From assembly GCF_030028105.1 (NCBI RefSeq), contig NC_092383.1:28659796-28723795 (forward strand): a DNA stretch of 64,000 nt. Direction: 5' to 3'. Source of the stretch: Mobula birostris (taxonomy: Eukaryota). A program made the translations under genes and the position numbers. The notes under the pieces are model-generated. The model did no database searches, was not told the DNA's origin, and saw only the letters and a program-made list of their open reading frames with translations. This document shows positions 25,096 through 36,229 of this stretch, piece after piece (the stretch's first letter is position 1; each line of letters opens with the position of its first letter).

Positions 25096-25470
25096 ACATG
25101 AAACTCAACTTGTCCATGTTGAACAAAATATCTATCGGAACTGGAACATTAGCCTAAACTTGGCTCATATCCCTCTATCTTTTCTATCCACGTACCTGTC
25201 AAAATGTCTGTTAAACTTTGGAATTGTAGCTTCCTCTGGCAGTTCACACCACCCCTAGATAGAAACATTGAAGGTGATGATATGCACTTTTCAGCTGCAA
25301 GCTCTAAGAAGGAGACATTTGATTAGTCATGGAATCCACTAAATGCTTTCTTTTCAAGCATACACAATGTGAAAGTTTTGGAAGTTTCAGTTGAGACTCT
25401 TTTAATCAGAGTTTTCAAGATATTAATGATTAGTATAGCTTACTTTCTTAAAATATTGCTCCTTGTTACT

Positions 25471-28325
25471 CTTTTGTGTTTATCACAATAAAAATGTTTA
25501 TTGAGTTGTCGAGCTTATCATCTGTCACCACGGAGCGAATGCTTGCCACATTGGTGTTAGGTATGGGTTTAGAAATTGATGACAAGATTGAAGAGCTATG
25601 ATGTTGGATAGAGCGCCTTATAACCCAAGGAATAAGATGAGGGACTGCGCAGTATGCCATCCCCAGCACCCCCGGGCCAGACTCATGAAGGTGGGACCCA
25701 GAGGGAGGACCAGGGAGAATCGTGCCTTCCTGGGGTGCCCCGACAGATCAAGTTTACCCAAGCTCCCCAACCCGTGGGATGTAGCGGAGCACATCACCCA
25801 CCTCCCTCACCACCCGCACTGAGAAACCCAAGGCACCGCAGCCGTGGGCGGATGGGCGTGCCACTGGACCAAGAGGAAGACCAACAGGCCTCGGAAATTA
25901 ATGCCACACCCTGAAACTCTCCAGAGACAATGGCACCAGCCACCTGGAGCCTTACCTAGTGTGTCAAACTTGCCACATGGCACAAAGGATGGAGCCCGTC
26001 TAGATGGCGGTGCACCTTGCCTTGGCACTGGAGGGGGATGCCCTATAAGCTGTTCTTGACCTAATGCCAGCTGAGCAGCGTGACAACAGAGCCCTCATGG
26101 CGGTGCTGGAGCAGCGCTTCGAGCAGAAGCCCGTGGAGGAAGCAATGAGGGAAGAATTGTGCAGCAAACAGCACCGTGTTGGAGAAAGCCTGGGAGCGTT
26201 TGCAGCAGATCTCTACCACCGTGCTCGGCCTGGCCACCCCAGTTCCCTCCCGCGGCCTGGAAAAAGCTGGCCCTCCATGCCTTTGTAAAGGTGCTAACGC
26301 CGCAGGACGTTCAGCAGCACGTTCGCCTGGCATCACCATCATTGCTGTCTGAGGTGCTGGCAGAGACAGACAGGGCAGAAGCAATTTTAGCCCCCAAGGC
26401 ACTCCAGCATCACTGTACAGGCCACAAGCCAGGGCTCGTGTCACCAAGGCGGCATAGGACGCTGACGAGGAAGAGTCATGTGACAGGTCCAACCAGCGCT
26501 GCACCGGCCCTGCTGCATGCCAAGGACTAATCTCAGCTACTGGTGTGGCAAGGCAGGTATTTTGGCCCGTGGCTGCCCTACACCAGCACCGCACCACTGC
26601 CCAGTGAAGCCATTGGGAAATCGCGAGTTGGCGCCACCACCCAAGATCTCCAGCAATTCCCTCCATTGTTGCCTCTTATTTGGGTGAAGAGCAAGGATTA
26701 TACACGCACTGCGTGGTGGAGGGCATCAGATGCCGTGCTTTGGTGGATATGAGGTCAACCATCACCATCATCCATCTGGGTATCATCCCCAACATGGAAC
26801 AGCCATCCCCGCCTGGGTGGACAACGACGGCGGTCCAGTTGGCTACCGTCACTGGCGACTGTACGGCCATGAGAGGGAAGAGGTGGCTGAGCATCTCAGA
26901 GGGGCACAAGGTGTGCCCAGCCAACATCTGGGAGTCCTGCATCATCGGCCTGGACCTGCTGTCCCAATGGTGGGTCCATGTGGATGTGCCAGGCGCAATA
27001 TTCTACCTCAGTGCTGAAGCCACTGCTTTCAAGCAGGGCAGCTCCAGGAAGAGGACCCAGTAGGGACAACAACAGTCACCATTGGTTTCATAGCAGCCCG
27101 CGGCAGCTGAACACAACTCAGCGGGAAGCAGAGGCGAGCGGCAGTGGCAGTTTTTCAGGTGGCAGGCAGACCTCCCCACCACTGACCAGCAGCTGCGGAA
27201 CGAGAAGGTGAGCGATCCTGTGCTGGCCCAACTGGGGGAATGGCTGAGGGTGAAACGGCAGTCAGAGTGGGTGGGGTCTCCACTCTGGATCCAGAGACCA
27301 AAGCACTATACTCTCAGCGGGGAACGCTGAGGGTGTGTGTTGGGTTGCTGTTCCGGCGCTGGCAACTGGCCAACGGCGACAGTCGTCTTCTGCAGCTAGT
27401 GGTCCCCCAGGGACTCCATGCCACGGTGCTGTGGTTGGTGCATGAGCTGGTGGGGGCCGAGATTTCGGAGTCCCAAAGACATTAGGCAAGTCGTGCGAGC
27501 ACATCTACTGGTCTGGGTACAGCTGGAACATGCTCTGCTGTGCTTGCACATCTCAGAAGAGGCCGGCCCACCAGTCTAGGGTAGCAATGCAGCAGTACAT
27601 GGTGGGAGGGGGCCAGTATGGACCCACTACCCCTCGCAGAAGAAAGGACAACCTCCAAGCTGGGAAGCCACCGGAAGGGGCTGGAAGTGTGCCTGACCAC
27701 TTCTCCAATGTTGTATATTGGGTGCAGTTGCCTGAGCGGCAGAAGGCATTTGTGGTGCACCGGGACAAGCTGCACCACTTAACCAGCGAGGCTGAAAGAA
27801 GGAGATGACCCTCCAGTTGCCCTGCCTCTTGCCTCACCAAACAGTGCTTCCCCTGGGGGATAGATCCAGAAAACTCCCCAGCACCCCAGGCAGCAGGGTA
27901 GACCACCATTGGGAATTTTGGACTTTGTTATGGGCTCTGGGGTTGGCTGACCCCTTGGTGGGGCAATATAACACTCTGGGGGGGGGGATGGTGGAGGGGG
28001 GCGTGGTCGACAGCCCACCCCACATTTCTAATGAGCAGCGCTATTTATTGTACTTGTGGTTAAAATGCTTTAGAGGGATTATGGTGGGAAGTTCAAGTTC
28101 ATTTTTGGTTACAGCTTGGGTTATACAGATATTCACTTGTGTATTTGTGGGTCACCCTGATTGTAACCGGGGCGCGTGATGGCCACCTTCCATGTCTGTA
28201 TGTGTTTGAGGGAGTTCTCTCCCTGGATCATAGTGCCTGGTCTGCTTTTGTGTTTATCACAATAAAAACAACTGTTGAGTTAACAAGCTTATTCATCTGT
28301 CATCATAGATTGAATGCTCGCCACA
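25471..28325 (+). mobile_element. GC-rich Gypsy-type LTR element lacking RT/RNase H and integrase core
   Basis: 5' LTR remnant 25471-25550 matches the end of the 3' LTR (~27989-28325, ...GAATGCT(T/C)GCCACA); PBS TTGGTGTTAGG; poly-G PPT ~27977-27988; gag-like (VLEQRF..GESLGAFAADL), protease (CRALVDMRSTITII), integrase Zn-finger and C-terminal (VVHRDKL) remnants. Confidence 0.8.
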
Positions 28326-28454
28326 ATACATTTCTTAATGCACTACGGCCAAATTGGTCACAATATTACAGACAAGGTCTACTCAGCAATTCGTAAAGTT
28401 TGCCTTTGTTTTCTAATGGGATCAATGTACTGACCAACTCTCCCCAGCCTCTAC

Positions 28455-28850
28455 CCACGAAGACCGAGGGGGGCACAAATTTGACTGGGTATCAGTGAAA
28501 GTCATGGTGCAGGAAAACACATGGCATGCAAGAGAGTTCCTAGAAGCGTGGTTTTCCACAAACAATTCTGTAAGCAGACATGTGGACCTCAATTCTATTT
28601 ACAAATCAATGCAGGCAAAATTCCAGACAACAACGTACAGAGTTACCACACAACCAATCAGAGACGGGACCTCTCCCTGCAACACAATTGAGTTTCCATA
28701 ATGATGACCAGTCAGTTGATTGATAAATATATAAAGGTCAAGCATTCGGAGGACGTACCACAAATGAACAATGCCCTGATGATGTCTCCTCATATGGTGA
28801 CGAAACGTTTGCCCATAGATTGCCAATATCAGAGAACAACTCAACCCAAT
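28455..28850 (+). mobile_element. 3' fragment of a second Penelope-like family (Penelope/Poseidon-type GIY-YIG end)
   Basis: Reading HKFDW...HAREFLEAWFSTNNSVSRHVDLNSIY, typical of a PLE endonuclease C-terminus, followed by a hammerhead core. Confidence 0.7.
28772..28813 (+). ncRNA. Hammerhead ribozyme core (degenerate stem I)
   Basis: CUGAUGA (28776-28782), stem II GUC...GAC, GAAAC-GUU; the flanking stem I pairing is poor. Confidence 0.6.
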
Positions 28851-28998
28851 CATGGGAAAGGCTTTGGGAGTAAATCCCGAGGAAAAATCTGGAACTATGG
28901 TGATGAAATGTTTGCCCATAGATTGCCAATATCAGAGAACAACTCAACCCAATCATGGGAAAGGCTTTGGGAGTAAATCCCGAGGAAAAATCTGGAAC
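28793..28998 (+). repeat. Tandem duplication, 2 x 103 bp
   Basis: 28793-28895 and 28896-28998 are identical by eye except for two CG>TG changes. Confidence 0.95.
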
Positions 28999-29603
28999 TG
29001 GAGTTCTTAAGTTCAGTTTAATACTGACTGGTAGATCATACAATGCCACTGGCGCCAAACTATATTGGTCTCTGACATTCCTTTGGACTCATCAGCTGTA
29101 TGGGGAGGGAGAGTCTGCTGCATAGGCAACAGCTTGCTCTGTACTACCCAGGCTTGCATACCAGTTTGCATTTGTAGACAGCTAGGACAACTAGTTGCCC
29201 CCAACCAAAGGAGGGCCTCAAAGCTCAGACTACATTTGGAGTATTGTGAACAGTTCTGAAACTCATGTCTAAGAAAGGATGTGCTGGTGTTGGAGAGGGT
29301 CCAGAGGAGATTCATGAGGATGATCCTGGGAATGTGTTACATACCCCGTGGGTATCTTGTGACTGTCTTATGAGCATGATGTGATGGTCTTGTGGAAGTC
29401 ACATAACGTAATTTTCCCGCCAGTTTGAGGTCACATGATTCCCTCAATTCCATAGATTTCATGCCAGCTTCCTTAGTAAATACAGACACAAAAAAACTAT
29501 TTAAGATCTCCCCCATTTCCTTTGGTTCCACACAAAGCCGACCACTCTGATCTTCAAGAGGACTAACTTTATCCCTTACAATCCTTTTGCTCTTAATATA
29601 CTT

Positions 29604-30794
29604 TTAAAAGCTCTTTGGATTATCCTTCACTTTGACTGCCAAGGCAACCTCATGTCTTCTTTTAGCCCTCCTGATTTCTTTCTTAAGTATTTTCTTGCAC
29701 TTCTTATACTCCTCAAGCACTTGATTTACCCACTGTTTCCTATACATTTCATACAACTCCCTCTTCTTCTTTATCAGAGTTGCAATATCCCTTGAGAACC
29801 AAGGTTCCTTATTCCTATTCAATTTGCCTTTATTCCTGACAGGAACATACAAACTCTGCACTCTCAAAATTTCCCCTTTCAAGGCTTCCCACCTACCAAT
29901 CACATCTTTGCCAGAGAACAACCTGTCCCATTCCACGCTTTTTAGATCCTTTCTCATTTCTTCAAATTTGGCCTTCTTCCAGTTCAGAACCTCAACCCTA
30001 GGACCAGATCTATCCTTGTCCATGATCAAATTGAAACTAATGGTGTTATGATCACTGGAACCAAAGTGCTCCCCTACACAGACTTCTGTCACTTGCCCTA
30101 ATTCGTTGCCCAACAGGAGATCCAATATTGCATCCCCTCTAGTCGGTCCCTCTATATATTGATTTAGAAAACTTTCCTGAACACATTTTACAAACTCTAA
30201 ACCATCTAGACCCCTAACAGTATGGGAGTCCCAATCAATGTATGGAAAATTAAAATCACTTACCACCACAACTTTATGTTTCCTGCAGTTGCCTGCTATC
30301 TCTCTGCAGATTTGCTCTTCCAAGTCTCGTTGACTATTGGGTGGTCTGTAATACAATCCCACTAATGTGGCCATACCTTTCCTGTTTCTCAGCTCCACCC
30401 ATAAGGACTCAGTAGACAAGCCCTCTAATCTGTCCTGCCTGAGCACTGCTGTAATATTTTCCCTAACAAGCAATGCTACTTCCCCACCTTTCATTCCCCT
30501 GCCTCGATCACATCTGAAACATCTGAACCCTGGAATATTAAGCTGCCAGTCCTGCCCCCCCTGTAGCCAAGTTTCACTAATTGCTACAACATCATAATTC
30601 CACGTGTCAATCCACGCCCTCAACTCATCCGCCTTCCCCGCAATACTCCTAGCATTGAAATATATACAGCTCAGAAGATTTTTACCACCACTCACAACCT
30701 TTCTATCAGCGGATTTGCTTAAACTTTCAACATCATTTATTTTCACCCCAGCCACACTGTCAGCTCTGGCACTCTGGTTCCCATCTCCCTGCAA
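29604..30794 (-). pseudogene. CR1 ORF2 apurinic-like endonuclease domain, truncated
   Basis: YFNARS, VAISETWL, YYRPPN, DFNFP, ILDLLL, SSDHN motifs. Confidence 0.92.
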
Positions 30795-30796
30795 AT

Positions 30797-31759
30797 CTAG
30801 TTTAAAGCCTCCCCAATAGCATTAACAAACCTCCCTGAAAGGATATTGGTCCCCCTGTGGTTCAAGTGTAACCCGTCTCTCTTGTACAGGTCCCACCAGC
30901 CCCAGAAGAGGTCCCGATGATCCTGAAATCTGAAACCCTGCCCCCTACACCAGTTCCTCAGCCAATTGTTCCTCCTCCAGAGCATCCTATTCCTACCCTC
31001 ACTGGCACCTAGCACAGGTAACAATCCTGAGATTACCACCCTTGAGGTCCTGCTTTACAACTTCCTACCAAGCTCTCTATACTCACTGTCCAGGACCTCT
31101 TCACTCTTCCTTGCTATGTCATTGGTACCGATGTGCACCACGACATCTGGCTGGTCACCCTCCCACTTCAGAATGTCATGCAATCGATCAGAGACATCCT
31201 TGACCCTGGCACCTGGGAGGCAACAAACCATCCTGGATTCTCTGTCACGACCACAGAACCTTCTATCTGCACCTCTAACTATCGAGTCCCCTATCACTAC
31301 CGCTCTCCTCTTTTTCCACCCTCCCTTCTGCACTGCAGAGCCAGACTCAGTGCCAGAGGTCCGGCTACTGCAGCTAGTCCCAGGTAAGGCATCCCCCCCA
31401 ACAGTATCCAATGCGGTATATTTGTTGTTGAGGGGAATGGCCACAGGGGAACCCTGTTCTGCCTGCCCTTTCCTCTTCCCTCGCCTGACAGTGACCCAAT
31501 TTCCTGTCCTCTTCTCCTTTGGCGTAACTACCTCCCTGTAGCTACGATCTATAATCTCCTCATTCTCCCGAATGATCCGCAGGTCATCCAGCTCTTGCTC
31601 CAGTTCCCTAACGCGGTTTGTCAGGAGCTGCAGCTGGATGCACTTCTTGCAGGTGTCATTGTCAGGGACACCGGAGGGCTCCCTGACTTCCCACATCCTG
31701 CAAGAGGAGCATTCCAACATCCTGCCTGGCATTCTCACTACACTAAACAATCTGAACAA
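30797..31759 (-). pseudogene. CR1 ORF1 (Zn finger/leucine zipper + SGNH esterase) with one nonsense codon
   Basis: CSSC..CKKC, LxxxVxELEQEL, VIGDSIVR, VVHIGTND, DGLHLN; ORFs 31055-31759 and 30797-31039 are in frame across a single TAA. Confidence 0.9.
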
Positions 31760-31894
31760 AAAACTTACCGGAACCTACCCTGGCCTCTGCCTGTTCTTGC
31801 CGAAGCCTGTTGAGCCAAAGCCGTCCCACTCTGACTCAGTCCACTCTGACGATGGCCGCTACAATGATGGCCGCTGTATATGGTGGTCTGCTTT

Positions 31895-32817
31895 CTGCCG
31901 GTTACAAACTCAACAATTCTGGAAAATATTGATGAGAAATTAGTTCATTTACAACCAGAGCAGAGGCAGCAGATGAAGCAACTAATTTTTAAATATCGGG
32001 ATTTATTTCCCGATGTTCCTAAAAGAACCACAGCTTCACATGATGTAGATATTGAAGATGCCAAACCCATAAAACAACAACTGTATCGGATGAACAGGGA
32101 AAAATGTGAATTTGCTGAACAAGAAATTAAGTATATGTTAGAGAATAATATTATTAGACCTTCTAATTCGAATTGGAGTTTGCCGTGTGTTATGGTGCCT
32201 AAGCCAGATAGTAGTATTCGGTTCTGTACAGATTACAGGAGGATGAATGCTCTGACAAAAACTGATGCATATCCGATCCCTAGAGTGGATGATTGTGTGG
32301 ATAAAATGGGAAAAGCAAAGTTCCTTACAAAGATTGATTTGTTAAAGGGTATTGGTGTGTTCCGTTGACGGATAGCGGTAGAGAGATTTCTGCATTCGTA
32401 ACCCCTTCTGGGTTATATGAATATAATGTTCTTCCATTTAGGATGAAGAATGCACCAGGTACTTTCCAGTGGATGATTAGTACTGTGATTCATGGGTTAA
32501 AAGATACAGATGACTATATTGATGATTTAATTACAGGAAATGATACTTGGAAAGTACATATTACTGCGGTGGAGAAACTATTTGAAAGACTTTCAAAAGC
32601 TAACTTAACTATTAACTTAGCTAAAAATGAATTTGGTCATGCCACTGTTACCTACCTTGGTTATGTTGTAGGTCCGGGCTCGCTTAAGGAAAATGATGAA
32701 AAAGTAAATCAAACTCCAATTCAGCAACAAAGTTTGATGTTACAGGAGTATAATAATTTGATAACTCATATTAAAGATAAAGATAATGTGATTGCTGACT
32801 GTCTATCTAGATGCTAA
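31895..32817 (+). pseudogene. Gypsy pol RT and RNase H end (frameshifted, internally deleted)
   Basis: RFCTDYRRMN, DAYPIPRVDD, KIDLLKG, LPFRMKNAPGTFQ, YIDDL, YLGYVVG, HIKDKDNVIADCLSR*. Confidence 0.9.
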
Positions 32818-33012
32818 ATGTACAATGTAAAATTTTTATGGAGTGCTATTTTAATATTTGTAGCACTCCTCCTGTATATTAGTTTGCAAGGTGCTGTATG
32901 ATAATACTGTGTATATTGTGTATGTTATGGATTTTATACATTTGTACTTTTTGTGTGAATCGTTGTAAAATTTTGCTCATAAAAGACCAAAATTTTCTTT
33001 TTTGGAGGGAGG

Positions 33013-33841
33013 TGTTACATACCTCGTGAGTATCTTGTGACTGTCTTATGAGCATGATGTAATGGTCTTGTGGAGGTCACATGATATAATTTTCCCACCA
33101 GTGTGAGGTCACATGATGATCTGTTCTCAACAGGTATATAAAGGGAAACCCTGCTATAACACAGTTAGTTTTCAGTTTAGTTTTGTGTTAGTTCCTCAGT
33201 TACTCTGTTATGCTGGGTATTTGTCTCATGACGCAGTTTTGTTTTAAAACAGAGTTTTCCTTGCTATTTTAAGGTGCAAAGATTGGTGCTGGCAGTTTCG
33301 CCAATTGCTGCCAGGCTTGAATATTGTATCTATAATTTTTACTTTTCAGTCCAGGATTGGAGTGTGAAGAAAGAAGTGAATAAAGTTGGAGTCATTCAGC
33401 GATTTTATAAAGGATCAACCTTATTGAGTCTTCAATCAGAAATAGTGACATGCATCTGAGGTAATTCCTGCAAGAGCAGGGAAATTTGTGCAGTATTCAC
33501 TCGCCAGAAGAAGGTCAGTTCCTTTAAGCCGTTTTATTTCCTTCGTCATGAATCCTTTGGAGAATCAACAGTAACGTCACGTCTTCGAAGAAATCTGATT
33601 CCAGACCAGTCGCTCCTTATTGACTGTGTAAATCACTTGAACTTTTGAATTTATCACTTCAAGAACTGTGTTGGAATTTACCACTTTAAGAACTGTTCCA
33701 GAGCTGCCGTATAGCAGTTAACTTCCGGTTAAGTTAGTCATTTAAATATTTTTCCGTTATTGTTGAGCAGAGTTTAACAAATGTTTGTTTGTTTATAAAA
33801 CTTGACTCAATTGATAATTCATTGTTGCCGGTCATGTGAAA
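33013..33841 (+). repeat. 3' LTR (~830 bp) of Gmr1-like element
   Basis: The first ~105 bp match 29335-29439; TATA-like TATATAA near 33136; preceded by PPT and followed by TSD. Confidence 0.85.
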
Positions 33842-33952
33842 AATGAAATAGTTAAAATATGAAGAGTGTTTGATAGCTCTGGACATAACACACTGGAGTT
33901 TTGGAGAATAAGGAGGGATCTCATTGAAACCTACAAAATATTGAAAGACCCA

Positions 33953-34476
33953 CAGTTTTGTCCAAACGTCTGAGGCACACATATATATAGCTAAGGTATC
34001 TTGTAGTTTCGCACAGTACCAAATGGGTCAAGGTGACACGCGTGGTTTAAATATGGCAGGAGCAAAGAATGTTGGAAATGGCAAGTAGAGTGCCACGGCA
34101 GCGATGTGGGACAAGTGGCAGAGGAGTGCCAGGGCTGTGGGTTGCATGGGTCAGACATGCCCAGCCCTGAGACACAAGACAAGGTCATTTGATTCCAAAA
34201 AATTAGTTTATTGATCAATGCAGGAGGTCTTTCTGGTGCTTTCTTCTCCTCTTCCCCCTTCCCCTTTCTTCAACCATGATTCTTCTCTCCCTGCCCCCTC
34301 CCTTCTCCCAGTCCACAATAGAGATTTATATCAGACTCAGGTTTATCATCACTCACATATGTCATGAAATGTGTTTTTTTTGTGACAGCAGTACAGTGCA
34401 ATACATAATAGCACTGTGCAAAATTCTTAGCCACCCAACTATATATATATGTGCCTAAGACTTTTGCACAGTACTG
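33953..34476. mobile_element. Tc1/mariner-type MITE with self-palindromic ~67-bp termini
   Basis: Right end ...GTGCCTAAGACTTTTGCACAGTACTG|TA; left end is a degenerate inverted copy. Inserted at a TA of the host CR1 (left copy reads CA). Confidence 0.65.
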
Positions 34477-36151
34477 TAGATAGAGTGGACATGCACAGGA
34501 TATTTTTAATACTGTAAGTGTCTTGGACCAAAGGACACAACCCCACAGAATAGAAGAATGTCCCTTTAGAACCAAGATGAAGAGGAATTTCTTTAGTCAA
34601 CGGATGGTGAGTTTATGGAATGCATTGCCACTATTGGCTGCGAAAACCAAATCATTGGAAATATTTAAAGCAGAGGTTGATAGGTTCTTGATTAATAACT
34701 GTTGCAGAGGGGAGAAGGCAGAAGAATGGGATTGACAGGAAAAATAAATCAGCCATAGTGGAATGGTGGAGCAGACTCAATGGGCCAAATGGCTTAATTC
34801 TCCTCCTATGTCTTAAGGTCTTATTAAAAGTAAAAAGCTCATTTCCCTTACTTACTCTCAATCCAATGCAGTTCCCCTCAGTAGACAAAATTGAAAGTAT
34901 CACAAGATATGTTTGACTCAGAAACATCTACTCTTCTTTATGTAATCCCATCAACATATCTTTTCTTTGCTTTCTCTACTGGGAACTTTCAGTGCAGAAA
35001 TTGTTTGCAGTGTTTTCCATATTATAAATGTGACAAGATATAGCTCACTGGTTGTTGCCATTTAGGACATTCGGAGTTTTAAAAGAAATAGAAAAGCAAC
35101 TCTTTCTTTACCTTTTACAAATACTGCTATAAAATTCATGTGATATTTTGCTTCTTGCTCTTGTAATAAAGCCAACAAGTGACTCAATTTAAAATAAAGC
35201 CCTTTCCATCAAATAGTAATTAGACATAAGCTAACTTTAGCCAGGACAAAGAATTGGAGAACACTCAGAAAGTTGGAGGAGAAGGGAAATTTTCAAGAAT
35301 GCTTCTTTCTACTGTCACTGCCAGAATTGTCAGCGTTCTCTCCTCATGTTCAAACATTGCCATCCTGTTTGGCAGACTGTGAATAGATCCAATCTCTTGC
35401 TGCTTGTGTATAGTCCAAAGTCATTTAGTAATGGCATTTGATGAAGTTCGCTGGCCAAAAATACATTCTCTGAGGTACTGTAAAGACATGGGTGAACTGA
35501 CAGTAATGTCCAAGATCTTAACTGGAACAGCTCAACACATTGAAGCCAATATCCAGTCTGTGCCATTAACACAAAACCTGCCAGAGTTTGAATTTAGAAC
35601 AAGAGCAGAAATTCACTTTGCCAGATGGAATCAGAATTTTGAAAACCGTCCTCATATGGAGAAATTCTGTTGAATAAGCAGTACCAGAGAATTAAAGCCT
35701 TGTACATTGGCAGGCCACGACAAAAGGAAATATAACAAGAGAATTACTTTTGTTTTAAAGGGAAATGCTACAGGCAGTCGGAGTCCAGCAAAATTTTACA
35801 AATTGTATTTCCTATTTGAGGGAGGAGTGTTCATCAGGACTGCTCCCGGCCTACTTAAACTACTGTCAGGCAGGATATCTCATTGCTCAAGGGCAGGGAA
35901 TTTTTACATCCTAATCTCTTTGTATCTCTGTATTGTAGTTCAGCCATAATATTTTTGTGTCTAAAGTGGGTTGAATCTTTTGTAGCATTGAAAATCTTCA
36001 TCATGGTGGTAATCATGTTGATTAGGTTCTGCTTTTCACCTTGGCAAACAAGCAGATGAGATCATATCTTATCCTTTCTGTGCAAGCACTAAAGTCAAAT
36101 ATTAAAAAAAAAATGCTTCCTGATGCCGTGCCTTTTAGCCAGACATGCATT

Positions 36152-36229
36152 GGTTGTCATTTGCTTGTGTTTGCATATTGGTAGCATATAGTTCTGCCGC
36201 CAATAATCAAACACAGGCAAATGGCAACC
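36152..36229. other. 78-nt near-perfect inverted repeat/hairpin in unique DNA
   Basis: GGTTGTCATTTGCTTGTGTTTG..TATTGGTAGCA [TATAGTTC] TGCCGCCAATA..CAAACACAGGCAAATGGCAACC. Confidence 0.85.

Larger units (their letters stand above)
29440..31890 (-). mobile_element. CR1 LINE 5' half (5' UTR, ORF1, APE endonuclease); 3' half deleted
   Basis: ORF1 and APE ORFs on the minus strand; ends abruptly against the Gypsy 5' LTR. Confidence 0.92.
29335..33841 (+). mobile_element. Gmr1-like Gypsy LTR retrotransposon remnant
   Basis: LTR start TGTTACATACC at 29335 and 33013; PPT TTTTGGAGGGAGG; TSD AATG (29331-29334 / 33842-33845); RT ORFs 31880-32368 and 32365-32817. Confidence 0.88.
29224..34822 (+). mobile_element. 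Old CR1 3' fragment split into three pieces (29224-29334, 33842-33952, 34477-34822)
   Basis: The pieces are collinear with the CR1 ORF2 end (HLEYC.QF...QRRF.RMI.GM | GDLIETYKIL | FFSQRMVSLWNALP) and the TCTTATGG-type tail. Confidence 0.8.

Noticed and set aside
28793-28998. Possible CRISPR-like or array repeat
   Set aside because: Two adjacent 103-bp copies without spacers, in vertebrate DNA with no cas genes.
30966-31541. Long + strand ORFs opposite CR1 ORF1 and similar antisense ORFs elsewhere
   Set aside because: Shadow frames of LINE coding sequence.
35330-35949. Short ORFs in unique DNA as host exons
   Set aside because: No recognisable protein motif or convincing splice-bounded frame; lengths are as expected by chance.
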